A DNA stretch of 62,131 nucleotides from an uncultured Saprospiraceae bacterium (GCA_964467315.1 CAYXSA010000012.1:1-62131), one strand, 5' to 3'; counted from the stretch's first letter, positions 21,001 to 29,393 are shown. Notes: generated by a model from the sequence alone, not told the origin. Made by a program: numbers and translations.

Positions 21001-22359
21001 TTCGTGTCTACGCACGTCCTCTTGGGGCAGTCCCGCGACTTCCGCAAACCTGGTTTTGATTTCGGCTTCGGTATGCAGCCCACTACCCAATGGCTCGACG
21101 ATGCCGCCGCCAATGGCTGGGTAACTCCCAATATCTTCCAAAATCAACAGTTCCAACAAACCCATCGCATCGACTATTCTGGCAAACTCAATCTTATGCC
21201 CTTCCAAGATTTCAATATCGAAATCGACGTAAATAAGACCATGAGCCAGAATTTTAGCGAAAACTTCAAAGTCGATACCTTCGGCGGCACTTACCGCCAC
21301 CTCAACCCCATGCGCGTAGGCACATTCACCATGTCCTACCTGCCCATCAGCACCATGACCGACGGCGAAGGCAGCTACGGCAAAAACTCCTCTCGCACCT
21401 TCGACCAATTCTCCGCCTACCGCGAAATCTTCTCCCAACGCATCGGCACAGGCACGCACGACGACCCACTCACCAACCCCAACTACACAGAAGGCTACGG
21501 AAGGTCGCAGCAGGACGTACTCGTCAACGCCTTTATCGCCGCTTACACAGGCAAAGACGCGCGCACCATGCCCATCATCTCCGATATCCGCAACCTCCTG
21601 CCCGCCCCCAACTGGCGCGTAACCTACAACGGACTACAGAAGCTCAAATTTTTCAAAAAATTCTTGACCAGCTTTAGCCTTACACACGCCTACAAGTCCA
21701 CCCTAACCATCAACCGCTTCGCTACCGACCTCGATTACGTCAATGACCCCTCACAAAAAGACCCGAATAGCTCCAATTTCTATTCGACTTTCGAGGTGCC
21801 CGACATTCTCATCACGGAGCAATTCAACCCGCTCATAGGTATTGATATGCGCTTCAAAAACGAGCTTTCTGCCCGATTTAACTATAAATCGAGCCGCAAC
21901 CTCGCCATGAATTTCAATGACTATACCCTCGCTTCCACCACTTCCGAAGAAATAACTATCGGTCTGGGTTTCCGTCTCAAAAATGTCAAAATTTCCCAAC
22001 TTCTTATGAGCAAAGAAGCCCGCGAAAAGGCAAATAAAGACCCCAAACCCAAAAAGAACAACAACGATTTCTATTTCGATTTCGGCAAAACTACGCCCAA
22101 ACACGAATGGAATTTCCAATTCGACTTCTCCTACCGCGACGATAAAACCGTCAATCATATCCTCGACCAAAATACCTCCCAAGCCACGCGCGGCATGCAG
22201 ACCCTCCGCATCGCGCCCAGCATCGACTACATCATCAATACGCGCCTCACCGTTCGCGCATTTTTCGACTACTCGCGCACCATTCCCGCCGTTACTACAG
22301 CCTTCCCCATTACAAATATGAAAGGCGGTGTTACGCTCCGTTTCTCTCTCTCACAATAG
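15079..22359 (+). CDS. sprA: SprA, the type IX secretion system translocon / gliding-motility cell-surface protein
   Basis: 2426-aa outer-membrane beta-barrel giant; the size and architecture are characteristic of Bacteroidota SprA. Confidence 0.9.
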   Translation: MLRSLIVFSFFSLLLVLSSTKTAQAAGGGATLRDPYQDFFGTQDSLPPIEPRFGDGLTDPRTNPFDLKDPKIITEETEYDPVTNTFIVKEQWDGKNSFRAPSVYTFDEYFRLRNEQEDRRYLRQLTQLGRAKAGDDPIVPYKDRISKNLVDRLFCGSEINVRPQGNIDLTFGGDYQKIANPILTERQQRQGGFDFDMNIQLNVVGTIGQKLKLTFNYNTQATFDFDRQVKVQYLSDTECSEDDILKKIEMGNVSFPLRSSLITGRQNLFGFRTDWQFGRLKISTVASQSQTQRKELQIQGGAQLQDFTVTADSYDENRHFFLSHYNRGAYEPALQNMPQINSLFNITKMEVWITNDRNVTEGVRDVVAFADLGETDPAVMLDNTRLVGATELGADLFGKRLPDRNANRLYADLLASSGARGLPTCVNTLQGSFGMSDGEDFSKVRARKLAPTEYTFHPQLGFVSLNVQVKPTDVIGVAYQYTYNGKTYQVGEFAQDLPLDSDTLNVMYLKMLKGVRIRVDLPIWDLMMKNVYSLGAYQVNPEDFRLDISYQDPGGGTKRFLPDGPLASIPLLTMFNLDKLNRALDPMQDGQFDFVPGVTILPANGRIIFPVLEPFGAHLERQFRTDPNNPNTVHPLSRKYVYNQLYDSTITIARQFPELNRFVIKGRYKSSVSSEISLGGFNIPRGSVVVSAGGATLVEGTDYTIDYNLGRIKIINESYLNSGQPIRVAFEDNSQFGFNRQSFFGTRLDYYINDKFNIGGTFLHLLERPFTQKVNYGEDPMSNSIYGFDIQYSSAAPWLTRLVDKLPLISTKAPSMISFTGEFAHLIPGSPKVINMGTDAGGGGTVYIDDFEGSGANFNLSVPSLNWVLASTPRTPLFPEAELSNDWDYNKNRSRLFWYILDPDLKNRANVAAEDRASVYVKDFRIDELFRNLEVLANQNNLLRTFDLVYKPAERGPYNFSTDNLDPNTGNFTDPQKRWGGVMRSLQNNDFEANNIEFLEVWVMSPFKEGKGGTGGELYIELGDVSEDILRDSRLFFEHGLADSTTGQRTDTTIWSRIPRVQAVTNAFDNDPEIRRLQDIGLDGYNDEGERVAYRDYLDRLEAVVGANSPIYQAALADPAGDNFRYFRDSFFDANTPPAGVNPVVWRYSQYNNAEGNSSQEPDNTNQTLSTSTNQPDSEDINRDNTLNEEEAFYQYRIPIRPVGANGDEIGTSAFMTDSVGINYEGPNGNETVYFYQYKIPIDQYTNVVGNMQGFRSIRFARIYMTGFDEETILRFARLDLIRNQWRRYLRPLAMAGVYIPGETSNETSFDVNAVNYNENSQKMPFPYVLPPGVNREQAIGTLGNAQQNEQAMQINVCNLQDGDARGAYKLVNMDMRVYKRIKMFVHAEDVLERGLPNDAGDLTMFVRIGSDFELNYYEYEIPLTMSTNVGSNNALDIWLEENNIDFPLELLRNIKIRRNAAGASLGTIYEEVDPEKPNNSVRIIGNPELGLVKGMMIGVRNRRDDGLARCVEVWVNELRLTGFDERGGTAALGRLDMQLADFGNVTLSGSYRSIGFGTIEQRVNQRSRERFMQYDATGSFMLDKFLPKKWKIRLPLFAQYSQEISTPEYDPYQLDIPLKDLLEATLDGRERDSLRKQAQTTRTISSFNFTNVRKERTAKRPALPFDISNFNFTYAQNQNIITSPLIEREERKENRVLIDYTYAVPMQPIMPFKKLFKKPNKWLALIQDFNFRPLPNTVGVRSEMIRRFGETKYRFADDANSIWYDKKFTWDRSYNMQWDLTQALKINFTATNSGIVDEPYGRIDSRAKQDTLLENLQNFGRNKNYQHNLNVAYTLPFKKIPILDFIEVRAQYSAGFNWTVASLNTDSLGNIIGNKQNRQVNADFAFDKLYNKSPFLKKILTPAPPTPDNKGAKDGKNPPPPKPEDKTKSADPKDKDKKDKEPSKGVRAFIRPLLFIQRARITYTEDFTTVLPGFVSTHVLLGQSRDFRKPGFDFGFGMQPTTQWLDDAAANGWVTPNIFQNQQFQQTHRIDYSGKLNLMPFQDFNIEIDVNKTMSQNFSENFKVDTFGGTYRHLNPMRVGTFTMSYLPISTMTDGEGSYGKNSSRTFDQFSAYREIFSQRIGTGTHDDPLTNPNYTEGYGRSQQDVLVNAFIAAYTGKDARTMPIISDIRNLLPAPNWRVTYNGLQKLKFFKKFLTSFSLTHAYKSTLTINRFATDLDYVNDPSQKDPNSSNFYSTFEVPDILITEQFNPLIGIDMRFKNELSARFNYKSSRNLAMNFNDYTLASTTSEEITIGLGFRLKNVKISQLLMSKEAREKANKDPKPKKNNNDFYFDFGKTTPKHEWNFQFDFSYRDDKTVNHILDQNTSQATRGMQTLRIAPSIDYIINTRLTVRAFFDYSRTIPAVTTAFPITNMKGGVTLRFSLSQ

Positions 22360-22383
22360 CCGCAAACCTCGATTGTAGCTATG

Positions 22384-22535
22384 TTTTTTTGGGCGTGCCC
22401 GCCGCTTGCCCCCCGCCGCGCCTTTGGCACGTCGCCCCCATCGCTACGCGACGGGGGGCGGCGGTCGGGCTATCCGCTCCAGCACCCGCACAGCGCTACG
22501 CGCCGCGCGGGTGCTTTCGCTTCTATCCCTCACGC
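22384..22535 (+). repeat. Palindromic repeat family, F orientation; pairs with 24160-24250 and brackets the 47-bp array plus the TraB/GumN gene
   Basis: TTTTTTTGGGCGTGCCCGCCGC...GGCGGTCGGGCTATCCG...CTATCCCTCACGC. Confidence 0.85.
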
Positions 22536-22559
22536 AACAAACAGCCCGCAAAACGCAAA

Positions 22560-22676
22560 AATTTTTATATAATTTTATCATTTTTTTATTTACCCCGCCA
22601 AAGTTTTAATTTTTATAATGTAGATTTTTATACCTACAAACACAGATTCTATAGTTATAGTTTTTTATCAAAAATC
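22560..22676. other. Markedly AT-rich stretch immediately 5' of the DnaA-box-like tandem array (DUE-like)
   Basis: TTTTTATATAATTTTATCATTTTTTTATTTACC...TTTTAATTTTTATAATGTAGATTTTTATACC. Confidence 0.5.
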
Positions 22677-23030
22677 AGTGTTTATCTGCCCCAATCCTCG
22701 TTTATCCGCGTTCCAAAAAAATCTGCGTTTATCCGCCCCAATCCCTGTTTATCCGCGTTCCCAAAAAATCTGCGTTTATCTGCCCCAATCCCTGTTTATC
22801 CGCGTTCCCAAAAAATCTGCGTTTATCTGCCTCAATCCGTGTTTATCCGCGTTCCCAAAAAATCTGCGTTTATCTGCCCCAATCCGCGTTTATCCGCGTT
22901 CCTAAAAAATCTGCGTTTATCCGCCTCAATCCGTGCTTATCCGCGTTCCTAAAAAATCTGCGTTTATCTGCCCCAATCCCTGTTTATCCGCGTTCCCAAG
23001 AAATCTGTGTTTATCCGCCCCAAATGACTT
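22677..23030. repeat. 47-bp tandem repeat array, about 7.5 units, with 15 copies of GTTTATC(C/T)GC at alternating 20/27 bp spacing
   Basis: Unit AATCTGCGTTTATCYGCCYCAATCCSTGTTTATCCGCGTTCCYAAAAA; the motif TTATCCGCG matches the DnaA box TTATCCACA at 7 of 9 positions. Confidence 0.85.
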
Positions 23031-23182
23031 TTTGTCGATAAAATATAATTGGCGCGCTATTGGTCGACTTTGTACGTCTACTCGTCGAAACTGTTTGCAA
23101 GCTGCTTATTTTCTACCGTATATTTGTATCAACAGGATAAACGTTTGCAACTGCTTTCTAACAACAACAACACACAACACCT

Positions 23183-24115
23183 ATGTTACGCACTCATTTT
23201 TTCGCGCGCATTGCGCTCCTTTTCTGCGCTGCTGTCGCAGTCGCTGCACCCACGCTCCGCGCCCAAAACGAAAAACTTCCCGCCACCCTCCTCTGGAAAA
23301 TCACAGGCAAGGACATTAAAAAACCCTCATACCTCTACGGTACTATCCACCTCATCGGCGAAAAAGACTATTTTCTACACGAAGCCACTACGAAGGCATT
23401 CAAAAAAACAAAACGCCTTATCACCGAAATCGATATGAGCAACCAAATGGCAATGGCAGTAGAAATGATGCGCCTCGCTCCTATGAAAGACGGCAAAACC
23501 CTCAAAACCGTCGCCAGCGCCGAAGAATACCAAAACATCAAAAACTACTTCGAAAAAGACTCCAAAAACCCCCAGCTAAAAATGATGCCCTTTAGCATGG
23601 TCGAAAATTGGAAACCCATGCTGCTCCAATCCCTGCTTTATACCGATATGATTAAAGGAAATACCAAATCCTATGAAATGGAATTGGTCGCCCTTGCCAA
23701 AAAGTCTAAAATGACTTTCGGGGGACTGGAAACCGTCGCCGACCAAATGGCAGTCTTCGATAAAATCAGCTACAAAGAACAAGCCACAGCCCTCTCCGAA
23801 AGCATCGCCGAACTCAAAAAAGGCAACCCCGATACAGGCGCTAACGAACTCGCCCAACTCGTAGAACTCTACAAAAAACAAGACGTAGACGCGATGGTCG
23901 AAGAAAGCATGGCGAAAATGGGCGAAGAAATGAAAGGCTCTGAAGATGCCCTTCTGTACGACCGCAACGAACGTTGGATACCACTTATCATCGAATTTGC
24001 CAAAGAACAACCTACGTTTTTTGCTGTCGGTGCAGCACACTTGGGCGGAGAGCGCGGCGTTATACGCCTGCTGCGCAAAGCAGGCTACACTGTAGAAGCC
24101 GTCGATAACAAATAA
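23183..24115 (+). CDS. TraB/GumN family protein, secreted
   Basis: Signal peptide; LLWKITGKDIKKPSYLYGTIHL and GumN-family motifs; 310 aa. Confidence 0.8.
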   Translation: MLRTHFFARIALLFCAAVAVAAPTLRAQNEKLPATLLWKITGKDIKKPSYLYGTIHLIGEKDYFLHEATTKAFKKTKRLITEIDMSNQMAMAVEMMRLAPMKDGKTLKTVASAEEYQNIKNYFEKDSKNPQLKMMPFSMVENWKPMLLQSLLYTDMIKGNTKSYEMELVALAKKSKMTFGGLETVADQMAVFDKISYKEQATALSESIAELKKGNPDTGANELAQLVELYKKQDVDAMVEESMAKMGEEMKGSEDALLYDRNERWIPLIIEFAKEQPTFFAVGAAHLGGERGVIRLLRKAGYTVEAVDNK

Positions 24116-24159
24116 TAAAAATGCAGCCCGCGCCCTTTCGCGCGGGCTGCGCCGTTTTT

Positions 24160-24250
24160 TGCGTGAGGGATGGTAGAGCCGTAGCATGCTACGGCTCAGA
24201 CAGCCCGACCCGCGCCCCTTTTTTGGGCGCGGGGCACGCCCAAAACAAAA
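24160..24250 (-). repeat. Palindromic repeat family, R orientation, short form; inner end preceded by hairpin 24121-24150
   Basis: GCGTGAGGGATGGTAGAGCCGTAGCATGCTACGGCTCAGACAGCCCGACC...GGGGCACGCCCAAAA. Confidence 0.85.
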
Positions 24251-24287
24251 AAAGCTCTATTAAGGGAAAGCCTATATGCTTGCTCAA

Positions 24288-25064
24288 CTATCCTATGATG
24301 TACCCCAACAGCCCAAACGCCTGCACGATGGCAAACAAAATAACGACCACCAGCAAGCGATGCACCCAAGTGCCCGCGTTTTTGTAGTTCGTCGCAAAAT
24401 ACCCGCCCAAATAGCCGCCTATCCATTGCCCCAGCGCCAAAATGCCGCCCAGCCACCAATCTATCAACCCAAAATAGGCAAAAATGCAGGCGCAAATGAA
24501 GGAGTACGCTACCGTAGAGGCATTCTTTAGCGCATTGCCGTCGAGCAAGCTGTAGCGCGCTCCCAAAACCAAAAACAGTAGCAAAAAGACCCCCATTCCC
24601 ATCTGTATAAATCCGCCGTAAAAACCTAAACATAGGCAAACAGGCACTAACAACCATTTGGGCAAGCGAAAATCGACATCTGTAGAGCGCAACCAGCGTT
24701 CGGGCTTTATCAAAATGACAGGCAATAAAACCAGCAAAAGTACCTTATACACCATGCGGAAAGCGTTGCCGTCGGCATACAAAGCCACCGTAACGCCGCC
24801 CATTGCCCCCAAAATTAGCAAGGAAAATATAAACCAGTCGCGGCGCGGCTGCACATTGCCATTGCGATAAAAAGAAGGCAAAGAGCCGAAACCCTGTGTC
24901 ATCATACCCAAACGGTTGCTGGCATTCGCTATCGTTGGGTCTAACTTAAAAACTTCCAGCAAAAAATACAGCGTGATGCTCGAACCATTGCCCGCCAGCG
25001 TATTGATGCAGCCCGCAGCCACCCCGCCGAAAAACATCATCAGATACCAAAAATAGTCGCCCAC
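24288..25064 (-). CDS. Sulfite exporter TauE/SafE family membrane protein
   Basis: Two-repeat 4TM architecture, GGVAAGCINTLAGNGSS motif. Confidence 0.8.
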   Translation of the reverse strand: MGDYFWYLMMFFGGVAAGCINTLAGNGSSITLYFLLEVFKLDPTIANASNRLGMMTQGFGSLPSFYRNGNVQPRRDWFIFSLLILGAMGGVTVALYADGNAFRMVYKVLLLVLLPVILIKPERWLRSTDVDFRLPKWLLVPVCLCLGFYGGFIQMGMGVFLLLFLVLGARYSLLDGNALKNASTVAYSFICACIFAYFGLIDWWLGGILALGQWIGGYLGGYFATNYKNAGTWVHRLLVVVILFAIVQAFGLLGYIIG

Positions 25065-25489
25065 TACGCCCCAGCCTCCTTGTTATCCGTGTCTGCTACA
25101 TTCTGACAAAGCTCTATCAGCACGCCGCCCGTACTTTTGGGGTGCAAAAAACAAATAATCTTGCCGTCTGCGCCCGCCTTTGGCTCCGTAGCAATAAAAG
25201 CAAAACCCGCCGCCTGCAAGCGCGCTATCTCCGCCCTGATGTCCAGCACATCGAAAGCAATATGATGTATCCCCTCGCCCCGCTTTTCGATAAATTTCGC
25301 TATCGGACTATCCGCGTGCATCGCCTCCAATAACTCTACCTTCGACTCTCCCGCCCGAAAAAACGAGGTGCGCACACCCTCCCGCTCCACTTCTTCCACC
25401 TTGTAATGCTCCACCCCCAACAACGCCGCAAATAAAGCGTTGCCCTGCGCCAAATCGCGCACCGCTATACCAATGTGCTCTATTTTCAT
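25064..25489 (-). CDS. mce: Methylmalonyl-CoA epimerase (VOC/glyoxalase fold)
   Basis: MKIEHIGIAVRDL...GEGIHHIAFDV...; 141 aa. Confidence 0.8.
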   Translation of the reverse strand: MKIEHIGIAVRDLAQGNALFAALLGVEHYKVEEVEREGVRTSFFRAGESKVELLEAMHADSPIAKFIEKRGEGIHHIAFDVLDIRAEIARLQAAGFAFIATEPKAGADGKIICFLHPKSTGGVLIELCQNVADTDNKEAGA

Positions 25490-25609
25490 AAAATCTATGC
25501 GTTCTGTAAGAGGGCAAAAATAGAAAAAATTTGCACTATGCCGCCAATTATATACTTTTGTACCCCAATTCCATAAACACCACTCAACTTATAGCAGCAA
25601 CTTTACACT

Positions 25610-26887
25610 ATGCTCCCAATCCATTTTTTGCGACAAGAGCGCGAGCGCGTTCTACAAAGCTTCGCCAAACGCAACAACCCAAATAGCAGCATCGTCGACG
25701 AAATTATCGCCCTCGATGACCAACGCAAATCCTTCCAAACGCAACTCGACCAGACACTCGCACGCGGCAACCAACTCGCCAAAGAAATCGGCGCACTCAT
25801 GAAAAAAGGCGATACCGCCCAAGCCGAAACCGCCAAAAAAGAAGCCGCCCAACTACGCGAAGACGCTAAAACGCAGGAAGAAAGCCTCCGCCAAGCACAA
25901 GAACAAATCTATACGCTCTCCTTGCAAGTGCCAAATTGCCTGCAAGAGCGCGTGCCCGCAGGCAAAGATGCCGATGATAACGAAGTCTATAAAGATTGGA
26001 CTGCCCCCATGCCCAAATTGCACGAGGGCGCACTCCCGCATTGGGAATTAGCGAAAAAATATCAGCTATTTGATTTTGAACTCGGCGCGAAGGTTACGGG
26101 CGCAGGCTTCCCATTCTATATGGGCAAAGGCGCTAAATTGCAGCGCGCTTTGATTAGCTTTTTTCTCGATGAAGCCATCGCGGCAGGCTATATGGAGTAC
26201 ATTCCCCCGCTGGTCGTCAATGCCGACAGCGCACGCGGCACAGGGCAACTGCCCGATAAAGATGCACAAATGTACTACATCGAGCGCGACGAACTCTATA
26301 TGATTCCGACTTCGGAAGTGCCACTTACCAACATTTTCCGCGACGTAATCCTCGACGCAAATCAGTTGCCTGCCAAATTGACAGCTTATACGCCTTGTTT
26401 TCGGCGCGAAGCGGGTTCTTATGGCGCACATGTACGCGGACTAAATCGCTTGCACCAATTCGATAAGGTCGAAATTGTCCGCGTCGAATTGCCCGAAAAT
26501 TCCAACGCTGCCCTCGAAGAAATGAGCGCCCATGTCGCTTCTTTGCTTGCAAAATTGGAATTACCCTACCGCATTTTGCGCCTCTGTGGCGGTGATACGG
26601 GCTTTGCCTCTGCACATACTTACGATTTTGAAACCTTCTGTGTCGCTCAAAATCGCTGGCTCGAGGTTAGTTCTGTATCCAATTTTGAGGTATTTCAGGC
26701 GAACCGCCTCAACCTGCGCTATCGCAATCCGCAGACCAAAAAAACCGAGATTTTGCACACGCTCAACGGCTCAGCGCTCGCCCTGCCGCGCATCGTTGCC
26801 ACGATTTTGGAAAACCACCAAACGCCCGAAGGCGTGCGCATTCCCGCCGCTTTGCAGCCCTACACAGGCTTCGATATGATAAAATAA
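25610..26887 (+). CDS. serS: Seryl-tRNA synthetase
   Basis: N-terminal coiled-coil arm and class II motifs (FRRE, GSYGAHVRGL); 425 aa. Confidence 0.9.
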   Translation: MLPIHFLRQERERVLQSFAKRNNPNSSIVDEIIALDDQRKSFQTQLDQTLARGNQLAKEIGALMKKGDTAQAETAKKEAAQLREDAKTQEESLRQAQEQIYTLSLQVPNCLQERVPAGKDADDNEVYKDWTAPMPKLHEGALPHWELAKKYQLFDFELGAKVTGAGFPFYMGKGAKLQRALISFFLDEAIAAGYMEYIPPLVVNADSARGTGQLPDKDAQMYYIERDELYMIPTSEVPLTNIFRDVILDANQLPAKLTAYTPCFRREAGSYGAHVRGLNRLHQFDKVEIVRVELPENSNAALEEMSAHVASLLAKLELPYRILRLCGGDTGFASAHTYDFETFCVAQNRWLEVSSVSNFEVFQANRLNLRYRNPQTKKTEILHTLNGSALALPRIVATILENHQTPEGVRIPAALQPYTGFDMIK

Positions 26888-26960
26888 ATTGGCAGAATTG
26901 CCGCATTTTCGCAGCCGCAGAAAGCGCATATATATTGGGCTTTCTGCGGTTTTTTTTGGT

Positions 26961-27048
26961 TTTTGGGGGGCGTGCCCGCAGCCCAAAAAGGGGCTGCGGT
27001 CGGGCTATTTGAGCCGTAGCATGCTACGGCTCTACATATCCCTCACGC
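26961..27048 (+). repeat. Palindromic repeat family, F orientation, short form; followed by serS terminator hairpin 27049-27105
   Basis: TTTTTGGGGGGCGTGCCCGCAGCCCAAAAAGGGGCTGCGGTCGGGCTATTTGAGCCGTAGCATGCTACGGCTCTACATATCCCTCACGC. Confidence 0.85.
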
Positions 27049-27115
27049 GTTTTATCCCGCCGCGCAAAGGACGCGGCGGGCGGTCTCGCATTTTTTTGGG
27101 CTATCTCTGTTTTTT

Positions 27116-28135
27116 ATGGCAAATATATTTCGTACTACTTTATCGGCTGGCGAATTTTCAAGCAGTTTTGCACCCATACGCTACAGTGAAAAAATCCTTT
27201 TGCTGGGTTCTTGCTTTGCCGAAAATATGGGCGAACGTCTACGCAAGTTGGGCTACAGCCTTTGCGCCAATCCCTTCGGCATTTGCTACAATCCTGCTTC
27301 GATGTCGCGCCTCATTTGCCGCTTGGCAGAAAACCGCCCCTACACAGCGGCAGAGCTTTTGCAGGACGAGCGGCGCGGACTTTGGCAAAGTTTCGACCAT
27401 CATAGCCGATTTTCGCGCCCCACACTTGCCGATACACTCGACACTATCAACACGCATTATTTAGAGGGCACTAAGTATTATACGGAAGCCGATACTTGGC
27501 TGCTTACACTTGGCACGGCTTGGGTGTATGCCCTTTCGGGAGATAGCGCCCGCATCGTCAATAATTGCCATCATCAGCCTGCGGCGGCTTTCGAGCGTCG
27601 ACGTATGTCCGTGAACGAGGTTGCCGATTGCCTATACACCGCCATAGCACCCGCCTTGCAAGCGCGCCCCAATCTGCGTATTTTGCTCACTGTCAGCCCT
27701 ATCCGCCACCTCAAAGACGGTTTCCACGACAATCAACTAAGCAAAAGCACCTTATTACTTGCCATCGAAGAGCTGCGCCAGCGTTTCGACGGCGAGCGTC
27801 TGCACTACTTCCCTGCCTATGAATTGCTACTCGACGATTTGCGCGATTATCGCTTTTTTGCTGACGATATGCTGCACCCCGCCCCCCTCGCCGTCGACTA
27901 TATCTGGCAGCATTTCGAGCGCCACGCTTTAAGCAGCGAACAACAGCCCCTGCGCGAACAAATGCAGCAACTACAACAAGCCGCCCAACATCGCCCCTTC
28001 AATCCCGATACGCCCGCCCATCAAAAATTTGTCAAAAATCAACTACAACAAATAAATAATTTACTCCGCCAAAATTTATTTGATTTTAGATGTTTGGAAG
28101 AATTGAAGATGGTATTTGAGCGGCAGATAATTTGA
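27116..28135 (+). CDS. GSCFA-family protein
   Basis: Contains the eponymous GSCFA motif (KILLLGSCFAENMG). Confidence 0.8.
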   Translation: MANIFRTTLSAGEFSSSFAPIRYSEKILLLGSCFAENMGERLRKLGYSLCANPFGICYNPASMSRLICRLAENRPYTAAELLQDERRGLWQSFDHHSRFSRPTLADTLDTINTHYLEGTKYYTEADTWLLTLGTAWVYALSGDSARIVNNCHHQPAAAFERRRMSVNEVADCLYTAIAPALQARPNLRILLTVSPIRHLKDGFHDNQLSKSTLLLAIEELRQRFDGERLHYFPAYELLLDDLRDYRFFADDMLHPAPLAVDYIWQHFERHALSSEQQPLREQMQQLQQAAQHRPFNPDTPAHQKFVKNQLQQINNLLRQNLFDFRCLEELKMVFERQII

Positions 28136-28189
28136 GCGGCGAAAAAAGCAGTTGATAGCGGCTATGTTCGCAGGCTGCGCGTTTACGCG

Positions 28190-28395
28190 AGCGTTATTTT
28201 TCGGCAGAGCGGCAAGGGCTATAAAAACCGAAGATGTTTGCATGGGCTAGCGATGCGGAGGGCGTGCGACTTTGCCGCACGGTGCAGCCGTGCCTGCACG
28301 GCTGTACTGAGCCGAGAGGCGACCGCGAAGCAGCCCCGACCAACGGGAGGGCACCCGTAGCGGCGTGCCGCCATAGGCGGCGCGCAGCCCCCAAA
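28190..28395 (-). repeat. GC-rich structured element, probably a degenerate R-orientation copy of the repeat family (ends ...GCAGCCCCCAAAAAAAG)
   Basis: Partial motifs AGCCCCGACC and GGGCGTGCG; lacks GCGTGAGGGATAG; its position completes the F...gene...R pattern around the GSCFA gene. Confidence 0.4.
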
Positions 28396-28477
28396 AAAAG
28401 AAAACGTTAAAAATGACTTAAATCAATTCGGTTTGATAAAAATCACCAAATATAATTTGGCGCGCGCGGCAAAAAAG

Positions 28478-28500
28478 TCGTATCTTTCGCTATAATTTTG
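28478..28500 (+). promoter_or_regulatory. Candidate Bacteroidetes sigma-A -7 element (TAnnTTTG) upstream of phhA
   Basis: CGCTATAATTTTGTG about 55 nt upstream of the ATG. Confidence 0.3.
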
Positions 28501-28549
28501 TGCCCAACCCGCACAAAACCTATTTTTTAACGGCAAATTTACCAACGTT

Positions 28550-29296
28550 ATGCAGCAAGATTATAGCAAATACACAGCGGAAGACCATAAGGTCTGGTCG
28601 CTGTTGTACGAAGAGCAAATGGCGCAGTTGCCCGCAGTGGCTACCAGCGCTTATTTGCGCGGTATCGAAGTCGTGCGCTTTCAGCCCGACCGCGTGCCGA
28701 GTTTTGATGTGGTCAACGAGGAATTGAGCAAATTGACAGGCTGGACGGTCTATGTTGTGCCTGGTTTGATTGACAATAAACCATTTTTTGAGCACCTGTA
28801 TCGGCGCGAATTTCCCGCTACAACTTGGCTGCGCAAGCTCTCGCAACTAAAATATATTGAAGAACCCGATATGTTTCACGACGTTTTCGGACATGTGCCC
28901 CTGCTTAGTGAGCCGTTTTTTTGCGAGTATCTCAACGGTCTAAGCGCCATCGCCCTTGATTATATTGAGGACTCGACGGCGATAGAATTGATGGCGCGTA
29001 TCTATTGGTACACGGTCGAATTTGGGCTTATCAAAGAGGACGCAGGCACGAAAATCTACGGCGCGGGCATACTTTCTTCACCTGGAGAAACGCCCTTTTG
29101 TTTGAGCAAAGAGGCTACACATCTGCCTTTTGATGTGGATACGATTTTTGCCACGCCGTATATTAAGGACAAATTTCAGGCGCAGTACTTCGTTATTGAG
29201 TCCTATCAGCAGCTATTTGATAGCCTGCCAAAAATCCGCGCCGAAATCCGCCGACACGTAGAAGAGGCGATTTATGTAGAGCCTTCGCCCGCCTAA
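28550..29296 (+). CDS. phhA: Phenylalanine-4-hydroxylase, monomeric bacterial type
   Basis: HDVFGHVPLL iron-binding histidines and an aromatic amino-acid hydroxylase catalytic core. Confidence 0.9.
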   Translation: MQQDYSKYTAEDHKVWSLLYEEQMAQLPAVATSAYLRGIEVVRFQPDRVPSFDVVNEELSKLTGWTVYVVPGLIDNKPFFEHLYRREFPATTWLRKLSQLKYIEEPDMFHDVFGHVPLLSEPFFCEYLNGLSAIALDYIEDSTAIELMARIYWYTVEFGLIKEDAGTKIYGAGILSSPGETPFCLSKEATHLPFDVDTIFATPYIKDKFQAQYFVIESYQQLFDSLPKIRAEIRRHVEEAIYVEPSPA

Positions 29297-29329
29297 AAAA
29301 GCGCAAAGCACTACGAAAAAGCATAAAAC

Positions 29330-29375
29330 AAATGCGCCCCCAACTTCCTAAAAAGTCGGGGGCGCTTATTTTTTG
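29330..29375. terminator. Bidirectional terminator between phhA and the acidic-protein gene
   Basis: GCGCCCCCAACTTCCTAAAAAGTCGGGGGCGC followed by TTATTTTTTG. Confidence 0.6.
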
Positions 29376-29393
29376 CAGGCTGTTTGGCGCAAA

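Noticed and set aside
15214-22182. Antisense and alternative-frame ORFs inside sprA and other long genes (e.g. 15214-15678, 20992-21459, 21751-22182, 2105-2638, 3503-4075)
   Set aside because: They are embedded within strongly supported long CDS on the opposite strand. They are low-complexity or Phe/Gly-rich mirror-frame artefacts.
22677-23030. The 47-bp tandem array considered as a CRISPR array
   Set aside because: The units are contiguous and have no unique spacers. Each unit is itself an imperfect duplication (two GTTTATCCGC boxes). No cas genes or leader are present.
28190-28395. A known housekeeping structured RNA (RNase P RNA, SRP RNA, tmRNA or 6S) in the GC-rich intergenic block
   Set aside because: None of the universally conserved signatures is present. 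Examples are the RNase P P4 motif AGGAAAGUCCGGGCUCC, the SRP domain IV motif GGAAGGAAGCAGC, and the tmRNA 5' end GGGGCUGA.
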